From positions 423,089 through 487,088 of the forward strand of contig DATKZF010000003.1 of assembly GCA_035528115.1 (NCBI GenBank): a stretch of DNA of 64,000 nucleotides, in the 5' to 3' direction. A program made the translations under genes and the position numbers. Below the pieces are notes generated by a model that saw nothing but the letters and a program-made list of their open reading frames with translations, ran no database searches and had not been told where the DNA came from. Positions 1-9,346 of this stretch are shown piece after piece (positions within the stretch are counted from its first letter, which is position 1; every line of letters starts with the position of its first letter). The stretch comes from Candidatus Bipolaricaulota bacterium (lineage in GTDB: Bacteria > Patescibacteriota > Patescibacteriia > UBA11705 > DATKZF01).

Positions 1-448
1 AAATTTTTAATTCCAAGTTGTTTGTTTCAGTGTCCAGCACCGCGAAAGTCGCCTTGTAGAACATGCCGGACAGGTTACCGGGATTAACGATAAAGGTGTA
101 ATACATCTTTTCGATCCACGGCTTGTGCGAATGGCCGTAAAAGGCATAGTGCATGTCGAGATCTTTCAAAACCAATCGCTGGGCCGTGTCGATTCGATGA
201 GCCATGCCTATTTTTATTTTATCGATTTCAAAAGTTTTTTTTCTATCAAGTTTGATTTGGTCCGCGTTGCCTTTGACCGCGTGAATTTCTCCCTTGAAAT
301 TATCTTGAAAATAATTCCAAGTTTCCAACGAAGCGATGTCGCCGCAGTGCATTATAAATTTAATTTTTTCCCCTTTGCAATAATCAAGAAACTTTTTAAT
401 ATTGGGCAGATTATCATGCGAGTCTGAGATGATGGCGATTTTCGACAT
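1..448 (-). CDS. YfcE/MJ0936-family metallophosphoesterase (runs off left edge; missing from ORF track)
   Basis: Manual translation from ATG at 448: MSKIAIISDSHDN..HCGD..GNAD..GHSH..NPG, the calcineurin-like phosphoesterase motifs. Confidence 0.85.
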   Translation of the reverse strand, partial: MSKIAIISDSHDNLPNIKKFLDYCKGEKIKFIMHCGDIASLETWNYFQDNFKGEIHAVKGNADQIKLDRKKTFEIDKIKIGMAHRIDTAQRLVLKDLDMHYAFYGHSHKPWIEKMYYTFIVNPGNLSGMFYKATFAVLDTETNNLELKI

Positions 449-499
449 AATCATTGAAATTTGGCTATTGATTTATATTTGTGATTCGCTATTTGGAAT

Positions 500-1054
500 T
501 TATTCGATCGGTTTATCCGCCAAAGCAGGAAGATCTTGAGCGACTCGATTCCAGATTTCGCGTAATTCAGCTGTGTTGTAATATTTTTCAAAGCGGAGAG
601 ATATTTCTTCGGGCGAAATTTTAATTTCCACGTTTTTCGAATGTAGCCAATCAAGCAGTTCCTGCGAAGGAATATAATTTTCAATCGGCGCTTTATCGAA
701 GGAGATGTTCTGAGAATCTTCATTTTTAAATCCGGATTCCCAAGTCCTGTAGCCTTTGGCGCGCAGAGTCCTGATTGCATCCAAAATTTGAGGTTCGATG
801 AATTCGATATAAATTCCCAATTCTTTTTCCTCAGCGGTCATTTCAGAATTTGTTTTTTTCCTTCCCCCAACGGCTTTTTCCGATTGGTCAATAATTTGTT
901 TTCTTAGTTGGGCAAATTTTTGGAAAAGCTCCATTTTCTCCCGAGCAATGTTGAATCGTTGCCTCAGTCGTTCGACTTCTTCCGGCGCGCCGGCTTCTAA
1001 AATTCGACTGACTTCTTCTTCTCCCAATCTGTTTGGTTGTTCAATCTTTGGCAT
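500..1054 (-). CDS. Hypothetical protein
   Basis: 184-aa ORF co-oriented and abutting nfo; charged soluble protein. Confidence 0.7.
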   Translation of the reverse strand: MPKIEQPNRLGEEEVSRILEAGAPEEVERLRQRFNIAREKMELFQKFAQLRKQIIDQSEKAVGGRKKTNSEMTAEEKELGIYIEFIEPQILDAIRTLRAKGYRTWESGFKNEDSQNISFDKAPIENYIPSQELLDWLHSKNVEIKISPEEISLRFEKYYNTAELREIWNRVAQDLPALADKPIE

Positions 1055-1057
1055 ATT

Positions 1058-1903
1058 TCATTTATGATTGCTTCTCATTTTTTTCAGCATTTCAATGTTG
1101 TGTAAGTCGGATCTGTCGTCCTCCTTGGGAGTTTCAATGATGAAATTCACGTTTTGCAGTTTGGGGTGGTTTATCAGCGCGGAAAATCCTTCCGGTCCGA
1201 TTTCGCCTTGGCCGATGTGCTGATGGCGATCTTTGTGCGAGTTGAATTCGGCCAAACTGTCATTGGCGTGAATGAGTTTCAGTTTATCGAGGCCGATTTG
1301 CTCATCGAATTTTTTTAAGGTTTCATTGACCGCTTCCTTTATCCTTAAATCATACCCGGAAGCGAAAGCATGAGCCGTATCAAAGCAGACGCCGACGTTT
1401 TTTGATTTTATATTTTGTAAAATATAGGCTATTTCTTTGAAATCATCGCCGAGAATTTTGCCGGAGCCGGCTGCGATTTCCATTAAAAATTCCGTTTTGC
1501 CGCCATAGCCGTCCAGAATTCTATCAATGCTTTTGACCGTCTCGTTTAGCGCATCAGTTTCTTCGCGCTCGCCCGCGCTGCCAAGATGCGTCATCATATA
1601 TTTGGCTCCCAAAAGCGAGCCCCGTTCCAATTCTTCCCGGCAGGCATTGATGGAGCCGTGTTTTATTTTATTATTCAATGACGCCAGGTTGATATAATAC
1701 GGCGCGTGAATGTAATAATCCGACAATTTGTTTTGCTCGCAATTTTTTTTGAATTCCTCGATTTCCATTTCGGCCAAATCTTTTTTCCCTCCGCCACGCG
1801 GCGATCGCGAAAAAAACTGAAAACATTCGCAACCTATTTTGGCCGCGTTTATCGGGGCGTTTTGAATGCCGCCGGCAATGGATACATGGGAACCGATAAG
1901 CAT
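1058..1903 (-). CDS. nfo: Endonuclease IV (AP endonuclease)
   Basis: GSHVSIAGG, HAPYYINLAS, CFDTAHAFASG, HANDS, DRHQHIG, IIETP motifs. Confidence 0.96.
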   Translation of the reverse strand: MLIGSHVSIAGGIQNAPINAAKIGCECFQFFSRSPRGGGKKDLAEMEIEEFKKNCEQNKLSDYYIHAPYYINLASLNNKIKHGSINACREELERGSLLGAKYMMTHLGSAGEREETDALNETVKSIDRILDGYGGKTEFLMEIAAGSGKILGDDFKEIAYILQNIKSKNVGVCFDTAHAFASGYDLRIKEAVNETLKKFDEQIGLDKLKLIHANDSLAEFNSHKDRHQHIGQGEIGPEGFSALINHPKLQNVNFIIETPKEDDRSDLHNIEMLKKMRSNHK

Positions 1904-1960
1904 AGAGATTAGAAACTAGAAACTTGAAATTGGGGAATGGAAATTTGAAACCGGAAATTA

Positions 1961-1990
1961 TCCGCCCGAGGCGGATCCGCCTTTGGCGGA
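1961..1990. repeat. Two tandem 15-bp palindromes TCCGCC-nnn-GGCGGA
   Basis: tccgcccgaggcgga tccgcctttggcgga inside a short-unit intergenic repeat. Confidence 0.75.
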
Positions 1991-2021
1991 GAAATTGGGG
2001 ATGGAGAAATCTATTCGGAAG

Positions 2022-2179
2022 AATTAGGAAAAGATCTCTCCGCTTCGGTCGAGATGACAACGATGGTTAATTAGGAAAAGATCTCTCCGCTTCGGTCGAG
2101 ATGACAACGATGGTTAATTAGGAAAAAATCTCTCCGCTTCGGCCTGCCCCGAGCAAGGTCGAGGGGTCGAGATGACAAC
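2022..2179. repeat. 47-bp tandem repeat x3 of a REP-like element; third copy carries a ~24-bp insert
   Basis: aattaggaaaagatctctccgcttcggtcgagatgacaacgatggtt at 2022, 2069, 2116; third interrupted by cctgccccgagcaaggtcgagggg. Confidence 0.9.
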
Positions 2180-2423
2180 AGCGTCGGCCTTGTTTCTCTG
2201 TTTTCTGTCTCATGTTCTTTTGTTGCGTGTTTCATGATACATGCTTCATGAACATTATAACAAAAGCGGCTCAAGAGAGCCACTTTTCTGTGAGAGCGAA
2301 GCGGGCGAGGAAGAGTCCCGACGAATCGGGATGACGACGAGCCCAAGCCGCGCGCAGCCGCACCACCTGCCCCCCGCCCCGAGGGAGGGGGGACAAGGGG
2401 GGAGGGGAGATGAGCTTATTTGA

Positions 2424-3731
2424 TTAAGAAACAGTAATATTATCTTTTAAAAATTGGATTACTTTTCTATTGGCGATCAAATTGCCGAAATATCTTTTGG
2501 CGTTTTCCGATTTGACGCTTTTTTCCAATTGCGCGAGCTGTCCTTGATATTCGGGTCGCAATTTATATGAAGCCAAAGTTTTGTCTTGCTCGTCTTCAAT
2601 TTCTTGGTCCGTCGCTTCGATTTTTTCTTTACGGGATATTTCCCTGATGGCCAGGGCCGTTTTCACTCTTTTTAGAGCGTCAGCGGTGAAATCGAGCATC
2701 AGATCGCCTTCGGTTTTATTAAGATGCTTCAAATAATCCTCAAAATTCAAACCTTGCCGCCCGATATTATCCTCGAGTTCATGAACCATTTTATGAGTTT
2801 CATCATTGACCAGCGCGTCCGGTATTTCTTCGAACGTTGATTTTTCGATTAATTGCTCGATGATCTCAAGTTCTTGCTTTTGTACGTTTTTTTGCTTTTG
2901 TTCCTCGGTTAAATTGATCCGTATTTGATTTTTCAAGCCTTCAACGTCTTTTAACCCCAGCGCTTTCGAGAAATCATCATTTAATTCGGGCAGATCTATT
3001 TGATACACGGCGAGTACTTTCACTTTGAACTTCGCTTTTTTGCCCGCGATTGATTTTTGATGATAATCTTTGGGAAATGAAAGTTCGAATTCCTTGGTGT
3101 CATCTTTTTTCAGACCGACCACTTGCTCTTCAAAGCCCGGAATCATTTTGTTGTCGCCGATAACTATTGGATATTTTTTCGCTTGTCCGCCGTCGATCGG
3201 CACTTTGTCGACAAAAGTGTCGAAATTTATTTCGACCCTGTCCTTTTGTTGAGCGGCTCGGTCAACCAACATTTCCTTGGCTCGCATTTTTCGCAAATCA
3301 TTGATGACCTGTTCTATTTTAGCGTCTTCGATTGTAATTTCAGGAAGTTTTTTTACCTTGATTTTGATGTACTCGCAAATTTCAATTTTGGGCAATAAAG
3401 ACGCGGTCGCTTTGTAAATAAAAGAATTTCCCGGAGCCATTTTTACAATGTCCAATTTCGGTTGATCGATCGTCTCCAGTTTTTCTTTTTCCAATGTTTG
3501 ATAATAAGTGTCGGAAATCATGTCGGTCGAAGCGTTTTGCAAAAGCGCCATTTCGCCGAATTGGCGAACGCAAGTTTCAAACGGAGCTTTGCCCGGCCGA
3601 AAGCCTTTGATCGGTTTTTCCGCTGACAGCCGTTCGGCCGCTTTTTCCAAGTACGGCTTTATTTCTTCAACGGACAATTCAATGGTTAATTCAATGACTT
3701 TTTTCGGTAGTTCTTTTTTTGTGATATTCAT
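2424..3731 (-). CDS. tig: Trigger factor
   Basis: GFRPGKAP ribosome-binding motif and FKBP domain (MIPGFEEQVVG); start moved to MNITKK. Confidence 0.96.
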   Translation of the reverse strand: MNITKKELPKKVIELTIELSVEEIKPYLEKAAERLSAEKPIKGFRPGKAPFETCVRQFGEMALLQNASTDMISDTYYQTLEKEKLETIDQPKLDIVKMAPGNSFIYKATASLLPKIEICEYIKIKVKKLPEITIEDAKIEQVINDLRKMRAKEMLVDRAAQQKDRVEINFDTFVDKVPIDGGQAKKYPIVIGDNKMIPGFEEQVVGLKKDDTKEFELSFPKDYHQKSIAGKKAKFKVKVLAVYQIDLPELNDDFSKALGLKDVEGLKNQIRINLTEEQKQKNVQKQELEIIEQLIEKSTFEEIPDALVNDETHKMVHELEDNIGRQGLNFEDYLKHLNKTEGDLMLDFTADALKRVKTALAIREISRKEKIEATDQEIEDEQDKTLASYKLRPEYQGQLAQLEKSVKSENAKRYFGNLIANRKVIQFLKDNITVS

Positions 3732-3827
3732 AGGGTTACAAATTATGAATAAATACAAATATTACAAATGGTTGCAAATTATTACAAATATCAAAATATC
3801 TTTTATTCGTAACTTATTTGTAGCATT

Positions 3828-3951
3828 CCTGCCTGCTCCTCGAGTCTGCCTTCGACGGCCCTGAGGGGCCGCTCAGGCCCTCGAAGGGAGCGACCTCGCC
3901 ACTCGGCCGTGAGCTCGTGGCCGAACGGGAGTCGAAGACCGGCAGGCAGGT
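3828..3951. repeat. Nested palindromic mini-element (CCTGCCTG..CCGGCAGGCAGG split by further palindromes)
   Basis: Ends match the 20-bp palindrome seen intact at 33857; interior holds three GC-rich hairpins. Confidence 0.8.
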
Positions 3952-4037
3952 GTACGGATTTGTAAATTTGTAATCAATAAAAAATAATCGTTTATTCAGA
4001 TTATCATATAAATGAATGTTCATCAAGTCTTGGCCGT

Positions 4038-5000
4038 TCAGACGGTAGAAAATACTAACACGACCAGATAAGCGATGTATAAGCCCACGAATACGGCGCC
4101 CTGCCATTTTTCCAATTTATGCTTTTTGCCCACGAACATGAAAATAAAAAGAAGAAAGGTGGCGAAAATACAGACGATGATATCTCGGTTTAGAGCGGTA
4201 GTGAAAGAAAGCGGTCTGATAACTGCGCTCAGTCCCAAAATCCAAAAAAGATTGAAAATATTGGAGCCGACCACATTGCCGATGGCGATATCGGATTGTT
4301 TTTTATAGGCGGCGATCGCGGACGTGGCCAGCTCCGGCAAGGAAGTGCCGATGGCCACGACGGTCAGGCCGATGACAGCTTCGCCGATGCCCAGTTGATT
4401 GGCGATCATAATCGCGCCATCCACTATCCATTTGCCGCCGAATGTCAGTCCGGCCAAGCCCAAAGCGATCATGATGGCGGACAGCAGCATGCCATGAGTT
4501 TTAATGTCTGAATCTTTTTCTCCATCATGAACTTTGGCGATGCTGAAAGTGTAATATAAAAACAAAGCGAAAAACGCCAATAAGATAATCCCATCGATTC
4601 TGGAAAGCATGGAGACGGACGTTTTATCGAAAAAGGAATCATTTACCAAAACAAATACCACCAATATGGCCATCAAACTGAAAGGAATTTCTTTCCAAAT
4701 CGTGCCACGTTTTACGCTGAGCGCGCAAATAAGCGCTGATACTCCCAAAATTAACAAAATATTGGCAATATTGCTGCCAATGATGTTTCCCACGGCCAGA
4801 TCGCCGCTGCCTCGAATGCTGGAAATGATATTGACCACCAACTCAGGAGCTGAAGTGCCGAAAGAAACCACTGTCAGACCGATGACCAGCGTGGAGATTT
4901 TAAATTTTTTGGCGATTGAAGCCGCGCCATCCACCAGAAAATCCGCTCCTTTGATCAGGAATAAGAATCCGGCGATAAAGAAGATGTAGGTTAATGCCAT
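4038..5000 (-). CDS. Calcium/sodium antiporter (YrbG/CaCA family)
   Basis: Two alpha repeats GTSAPE / GTSLPE with GSNIAN / GSNIFN; about 10 TM segments. Confidence 0.93.
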   Translation of the reverse strand: MALTYIFFIAGFLFLIKGADFLVDGAASIAKKFKISTLVIGLTVVSFGTSAPELVVNIISSIRGSGDLAVGNIIGSNIANILLILGVSALICALSVKRGTIWKEIPFSLMAILVVFVLVNDSFFDKTSVSMLSRIDGIILLAFFALFLYYTFSIAKVHDGEKDSDIKTHGMLLSAIMIALGLAGLTFGGKWIVDGAIMIANQLGIGEAVIGLTVVAIGTSLPELATSAIAAYKKQSDIAIGNVVGSNIFNLFWILGLSAVIRPLSFTTALNRDIIVCIFATFLLFIFMFVGKKHKLEKWQGAVFVGLYIAYLVVLVFSTV

Positions 5001-5265
5001 AATTGGTAACTAATAAAAAGTTTAAAAGGTGGTAGCTGGTAGCTTTTTAGGTAGCCACCTAACCAGGGGATTCATGATACGGGAATAGAGCCCCTTATTT
5101 GATTATAACATAAAAAATCCGGTCGCCGGGAGAGTCAGGTGAATTAACAACACGATCTGTTGTCGCCACTGTTTTTTTCTGCTAAAATAAGATATAGTTG
5201 AATATAGCTTGTAGTTTATTAGGTGGCGATATATTAACCTAACCTCTTAATTTTTATCTTTAAAT

Positions 5266-6060
5266 ATGCTAAAAGTGATTTTTATCGGAGATATCGTGGG
5301 GAAAATCGGCCGGCAAGCGGCCTTGAAAGCCATTGCCAAATGGAAAAAACAATATAAGCCCGACTTGATCGTGGCCAATGCCGAGAATTTGGCTCATGGC
5401 AAAGGCGTTACGGTTTCTATTTTGAATGAAATGCAACGAGGAGGCATTGATTTTTTCACCTCAGGCAACCATGTCTGGGATAAAAAAGAAGTCTATGATA
5501 TTTTCGCGGACCCGGCCGCGCCGATTATCCGGCCGGCCAATTATCCGGACATGGTGCCCGGCGATGGCTATCGCGTTTTGACGATCGGCAAGAAAAAAAT
5601 TATGATCGTCAATATTATCGGCCAAGTTTTTTTTAAGGAATATTTTGATTCGCCGTTTTTGACTTTCGATGAAATTTTGAAAGAAAAGCCGGCTGATGTT
5701 AAGATTATAATTGTCGATTTCCATGTAGAGGCCACAGCGGAAATCAAATGCATGGGCCATTATTTGGACGGGCAGGTAAGCGCGCTGCTCGGCACGCATA
5801 CCCATGTCGGGACTTGTGATTATCAGCTTTCGGACAAGGGCATGGCTTATGTCACTCAAGTCGGCATGGTCGGAGCCAAGGATTCGAGCTTGGGTTTGAA
5901 ATTCGAACCGCTTATAAAGAAGATGATCACACAATTACCCGCAGCTCACGAATTGCCGGAAAAAGGCATTGTCGAGGTTAACGCGATTTATCTGGAAATA
6001 AAAGAGGATGGCGTTGCCAGGAAAATTAAAAAATTATACGAAGAAATTGAAATTAAATGA
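5266..6060 (+). CDS. ymdB: YmdB-family (TIGR00282) 2',3'-cyclic phosphodiesterase
   Basis: FIGDIVG, NAENLAHG, TSGNH, RPANYP, DFHVEAT, GTHTHV. Confidence 0.92.
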   Translation: MLKVIFIGDIVGKIGRQAALKAIAKWKKQYKPDLIVANAENLAHGKGVTVSILNEMQRGGIDFFTSGNHVWDKKEVYDIFADPAAPIIRPANYPDMVPGDGYRVLTIGKKKIMIVNIIGQVFFKEYFDSPFLTFDEILKEKPADVKIIIVDFHVEATAEIKCMGHYLDGQVSALLGTHTHVGTCDYQLSDKGMAYVTQVGMVGAKDSSLGLKFEPLIKKMITQLPAAHELPEKGIVEVNAIYLEIKEDGVARKIKKLYEEIEIK

Positions 6061-6063
6061 ATA

Positions 6064-6147
6064 TACAAGATTACAGATTTGTGTACAGATTATACGAGAT
6101 AATTTCCAATCTGTATGATCTTGTATGTAAATCTCGTAATCTTGTAA
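6064..6147. repeat. Inverted array of short TACA/GAGAT units
   Basis: Left units and reverse-complement right units; related arrays at 15283-15371, 27993-28063, 33955-33992. Confidence 0.7.
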
Positions 6148-6158
6148 CTTAAAAAAAT

Positions 6159-6440
6159 ATGAACAAAGCGGAATTAGCAACCAAAATCGCCGAGAAATGC
6201 GGCGTGACAAAAAAACAGGCCGAGGACATGCTGGAATGCTTTGTCTCCACGACGGTCGCCATGTTAAAGCAAGACGGTGAAGTGGTTTTGACCGGCTTTG
6301 GCACCTTCTCGTCTCGCACCAGAAAGGGTCGAGTGGGCGTCAATCCTCAGAATACCTCGGAAAAGATTAATATTCCTCCTACCAAGGTGGCAAAATTCAA
6401 GGCGGGCAAAGCTTTGAAGGACGCGCTAAAGGCGTCATAA
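6159..6440 (+). CDS. hup: HU family DNA-binding protein
   Basis: MNKAEL..LTGFGTF..R.GVNP..KFKAGKALKD. Confidence 0.95.
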   Translation: MNKAELATKIAEKCGVTKKQAEDMLECFVSTTVAMLKQDGEVVLTGFGTFSSRTRKGRVGVNPQNTSEKINIPPTKVAKFKAGKALKDALKAS

Positions 6441-6552
6441 GTGAAGAATATGCCGACAGCTTTTGTCGGAGTTTGAATTTGAACTTGCCGAGGCGAAAAT
6501 AATAACAAAATTCTTGCCGAGGGAAGATTTTTGTTTTATAATTAAGTTGCAT

Positions 6553-7047
6553 ATGTCGGATAAAAACAATCAACCGTTTGATTTTCTTGAAAATTTTTTG
6601 GCGGAAAATCAGAATGTGTTTTTGAAAAATTACAAAAAAAATTCGGTCGAACATGAATGGCCGGAGAATTTGTATTCCTCCGAAAAAGGAGCTGAAGATT
6701 TGCAAAGGGAAGAAGACGGACAATTGGCCATAGACGTTTATCAGAAAGACAATGAAATCGTCATTCTGGCCGCGATTGGCGGTCTTGATTCGGACAAGCT
6801 TGATATTTCGCTTCATAATGATATACTCACCATTCGCGGAGAGCGAAAAACGAATGAGGAAATCGGAGAACATGATTATTTTTATAAAGAATGCTATTGG
6901 GGAAAATTTTCGCGCTCGATAATTTTGCCCGTGGAAATAAAGGCGGATGAAATAGGCGCGACCATAAAAAACGGCGTTTTGAAAATAGTGTTGCCCAAAG
7001 CCAATCCCGAGCGAAAAATCAAACTTAAAGTTTTGGACGAAGAATAA
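6553..7047 (+). CDS. Hsp20/alpha-crystallin small heat shock protein
   Basis: IDVYQ..LTIRGER..ECYWGKFSRSIILP..KNGVLKIVLPK; start moved to MSDKN. Confidence 0.92.
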   Translation: MSDKNNQPFDFLENFLAENQNVFLKNYKKNSVEHEWPENLYSSEKGAEDLQREEDGQLAIDVYQKDNEIVILAAIGGLDSDKLDISLHNDILTIRGERKTNEEIGEHDYFYKECYWGKFSRSIILPVEIKADEIGATIKNGVLKIVLPKANPERKIKLKVLDEE

Positions 7048-7271
7048 TGAAATTTATGAAAGTGAAAATTTATCTTGATAGAATCGAGGAGGGCAAAGCT
7101 GTTTTTTTAACGGACACAAAAAAACAATTGATAATCGACAGTGATTTGTTTGAAGAAAAATTAAAGGAAGGGCAAGTGTTTTGGCTTGATTTTTCAGTTG
7201 ATGAAAAAGAAGCCGAGGACAAAAGCGAATTGGCTAAAAAAATATTGAACGAAATAATTTCGGATAATTAA
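7047..7271 (+). CDS. DUF3006-like small protein
   Basis: LDRIEEGKAV..KEGQV pattern; overlaps upstream stop. Confidence 0.7.
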   Translation: MKFMKVKIYLDRIEEGKAVFLTDTKKQLIIDSDLFEEKLKEGQVFWLDFSVDEKEAEDKSELAKKILNEIISDN

Positions 7272-7276
7272 TTGTC

Positions 7277-9142
7277 ATGGCAAAGGAAGAGAAAGAAAAA
7301 AAGAATTTTAAAAATCCGGGTCGGTTGTTTTTCGTGGCGGCCGGCGTTTTTTTGTTTGGCGCCTTGGCTTTTGCGTTCGTTTTTACTTATCAAAAATCCC
7401 ATGAGGGCAAGATATATGATAGAGTGTGGGTCGGTGAAACGGAATTATCCAAAGCCACCATTGATTTGGCCAAACTGGCGATGAGCAAGGAATTCAATGA
7501 TAAGTACGATCAGGGCTTTGTTTTTGTTTACGGCGATAAACGAGAAAAAACATTAAACGACTATGAGGTGCTTTTGGGCGTGGAGGCGCAAATGGCCGCG
7601 CCTGATTTTGAAAAAACGGCGCAGGACGCCTTTGGAGTCGGACGTTCGGGCAATGTGTTGATTGATTTGAAGGATCAATTGTTCGGTTTGATTTTCGGGA
7701 AAAGGATAGACTTGTCGTTTTCTTTGAACCGCGATTATTTAATCGATCAGCTCAAAGAGGCTTTCGGAGAATTCGAGGACAATGCCAGATCGGCTGAAAT
7801 CGAGGTGTCCGTGAAGTCGAAAGTCAATAAAGAAATGGAAGTGAAAATAATTCCCGAAAAAGAAGGCGTGGGTTTTGATTACGAAAAGTACGCGGACATG
7901 CTGGCGGATAAAATAACGAGATTGGACAATAGCGACATTTCGATGAAACTGGAAAAGCAATCTCCGGCCATCAAAGCGGCCGATGCCGGCGGCATTGCGC
8001 AAAAAACAACGGAGTTGGTGGCGGACAATGACGAGATAAACTTTGTTTTTGAAGATCAAAAATGGACGGCGTCCTGGTATGATTACGTCTCTTGGTTGGC
8101 CTTGGACAAAGCTGATAAAAACGAAGTGATTTTGACTTTCGATAAAACGAAATTTGAGGAATTTCTTCAGCCCATAATCAAGGAAATTAATATCGCGCCA
8201 AAGAACGCCAGATTTGAATTGGCGGACGGCAAAGTGACCGAGTTTCAATTGAGCAAAAACGGCAGAGAGATAAATATTGATCAAACATTCGATGGATTAA
8301 TCAATCTGTTTTTCAAGTCCGGAGAAAATGAAATAAAATTGGCGGTTGAAGAAAAATTGCCTGATGTGAATACGGAAAACATCGCGGACATGGGCATCAG
8401 AGAATTGATCGGATCGGGCACATCCAATTTCAGCGGCAGTCCGGCAAACAGAAGATATAACATTAAAATCGGTTCGAATTCATTGCATGGAATATTGATA
8501 AAGCCGGGCGAAGAATTTTCTTTGGTGAAAAATCTCGGCAGAATCGACGGCAGCACCGGTTATTTGCCCGAGCTGGTGATTCGAGGCAATAAGACCGTGC
8601 CGGAATTTGGCGGCGGTTTGTGCCAAGTGGCCACAACTATGTTTCGCGCGGCGATTGACACCGGTTTGCCGGTTACGGAAAGAAAACCGCATTCATACAG
8701 AGTTTCATATTACGAGCCGGCCGGAACAGACGCCACCATTTACGATCCCAGTCCTGATCTGAAATTCATCAATGACACGGGACAGTATATTTTAATTCAA
8801 ACCGCAATTTCCGGAGATACTTTGACCTATGAATTTTGGGGCACGTTCGATGGCAGAACAGTGGAAGTCACTGAGCCTAAAATTTTTAATATTACCTATC
8901 CCGGTCCGACCAAGGAAATCGAATCCCCGGATCTGGCTCCCGGAGTGAGAAAATGCACGGAGCGGGCGCACAATGGAGCGGACGCGGTTTTCTACAGAAT
9001 CATCACCCCTGCTTCGGGGGACGCAATCAATGAAACTTGGTCCAGTACTTATCGGCCATGGCAGGCGGTGTGCTTGGTCGGGCCCAGCGAAGCTCCGGTA
9101 GAAGAAAGTTCCAGTGATGCCCCGGTGACCCCTGAAAATTAA
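7277..9142 (+). CDS. VanW family protein with N-terminal TM and peptidoglycan-binding repeats
   Basis: R..NI, PGEEFS, GGGLCQVATT, ERKPHSY, G.DAT, DLKFINDT. Confidence 0.9.
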   Translation: MAKEEKEKKNFKNPGRLFFVAAGVFLFGALAFAFVFTYQKSHEGKIYDRVWVGETELSKATIDLAKLAMSKEFNDKYDQGFVFVYGDKREKTLNDYEVLLGVEAQMAAPDFEKTAQDAFGVGRSGNVLIDLKDQLFGLIFGKRIDLSFSLNRDYLIDQLKEAFGEFEDNARSAEIEVSVKSKVNKEMEVKIIPEKEGVGFDYEKYADMLADKITRLDNSDISMKLEKQSPAIKAADAGGIAQKTTELVADNDEINFVFEDQKWTASWYDYVSWLALDKADKNEVILTFDKTKFEEFLQPIIKEINIAPKNARFELADGKVTEFQLSKNGREINIDQTFDGLINLFFKSGENEIKLAVEEKLPDVNTENIADMGIRELIGSGTSNFSGSPANRRYNIKIGSNSLHGILIKPGEEFSLVKNLGRIDGSTGYLPELVIRGNKTVPEFGGGLCQVATTMFRAAIDTGLPVTERKPHSYRVSYYEPAGTDATIYDPSPDLKFINDTGQYILIQTAISGDTLTYEFWGTFDGRTVEVTEPKIFNITYPGPTKEIESPDLAPGVRKCTERAHNGADAVFYRIITPASGDAINETWSSTYRPWQAVCLVGPSEAPVEESSSDAPVTPEN

Positions 9143-9147
9143 TTGAT

Positions 9148-9176
9148 AAAAAAAGACGCGCCATAAGGCGCGTTTT
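9148..9176. terminator. Bidirectional intrinsic terminator
   Basis: aaaaaaagacgcgcc ataa ggcgcgtttt. Confidence 0.8.
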
Positions 9177-9308
9177 ATATTTAAAACGTCCTCAAACGGA
9201 CAGACAAGAAATTTTTATCCTGGTCGAATCTAGCCGAAGCCTGATTTGACCATAAATAAAAACCCCATGCTTGTCGTGTCTGTCCGTTTGAGGACGCTTT
9301 TGGGCCGA
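9150..9308 (-). ncRNA. Candidate structured ncRNA (long rod with C(UUCG)G apical loop)
   Basis: 24-bp outer helix 9183-9206/9277-9300; inner helices; G-U pairs and the UUCG loop only on minus strand; own promoter and terminator. Confidence 0.6.
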
Positions 9309-9314
9309 CATAAT

Positions 9315-9343
9315 AGTATAGCCTATTTGAAAAGGATTGTCAA
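9315..9343 (-). promoter_or_regulatory. Sigma70 promoter
   Basis: TTGACA-17bp-TATACT on minus strand, directly after the clpP stop. Confidence 0.8.
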
Positions 9344-9346
9344 TGG

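Noticed and set aside
2022-2179. CRISPR array
   Set aside because: Units are head-to-tail with no unique spacers, and there are no cas genes in the window.
5001-5160. yybP-ykoY or other ion riboswitch before the Ca/Na antiporter
   Set aside because: No consensus motif recognisable; only a short hairpin and short-unit repeats.
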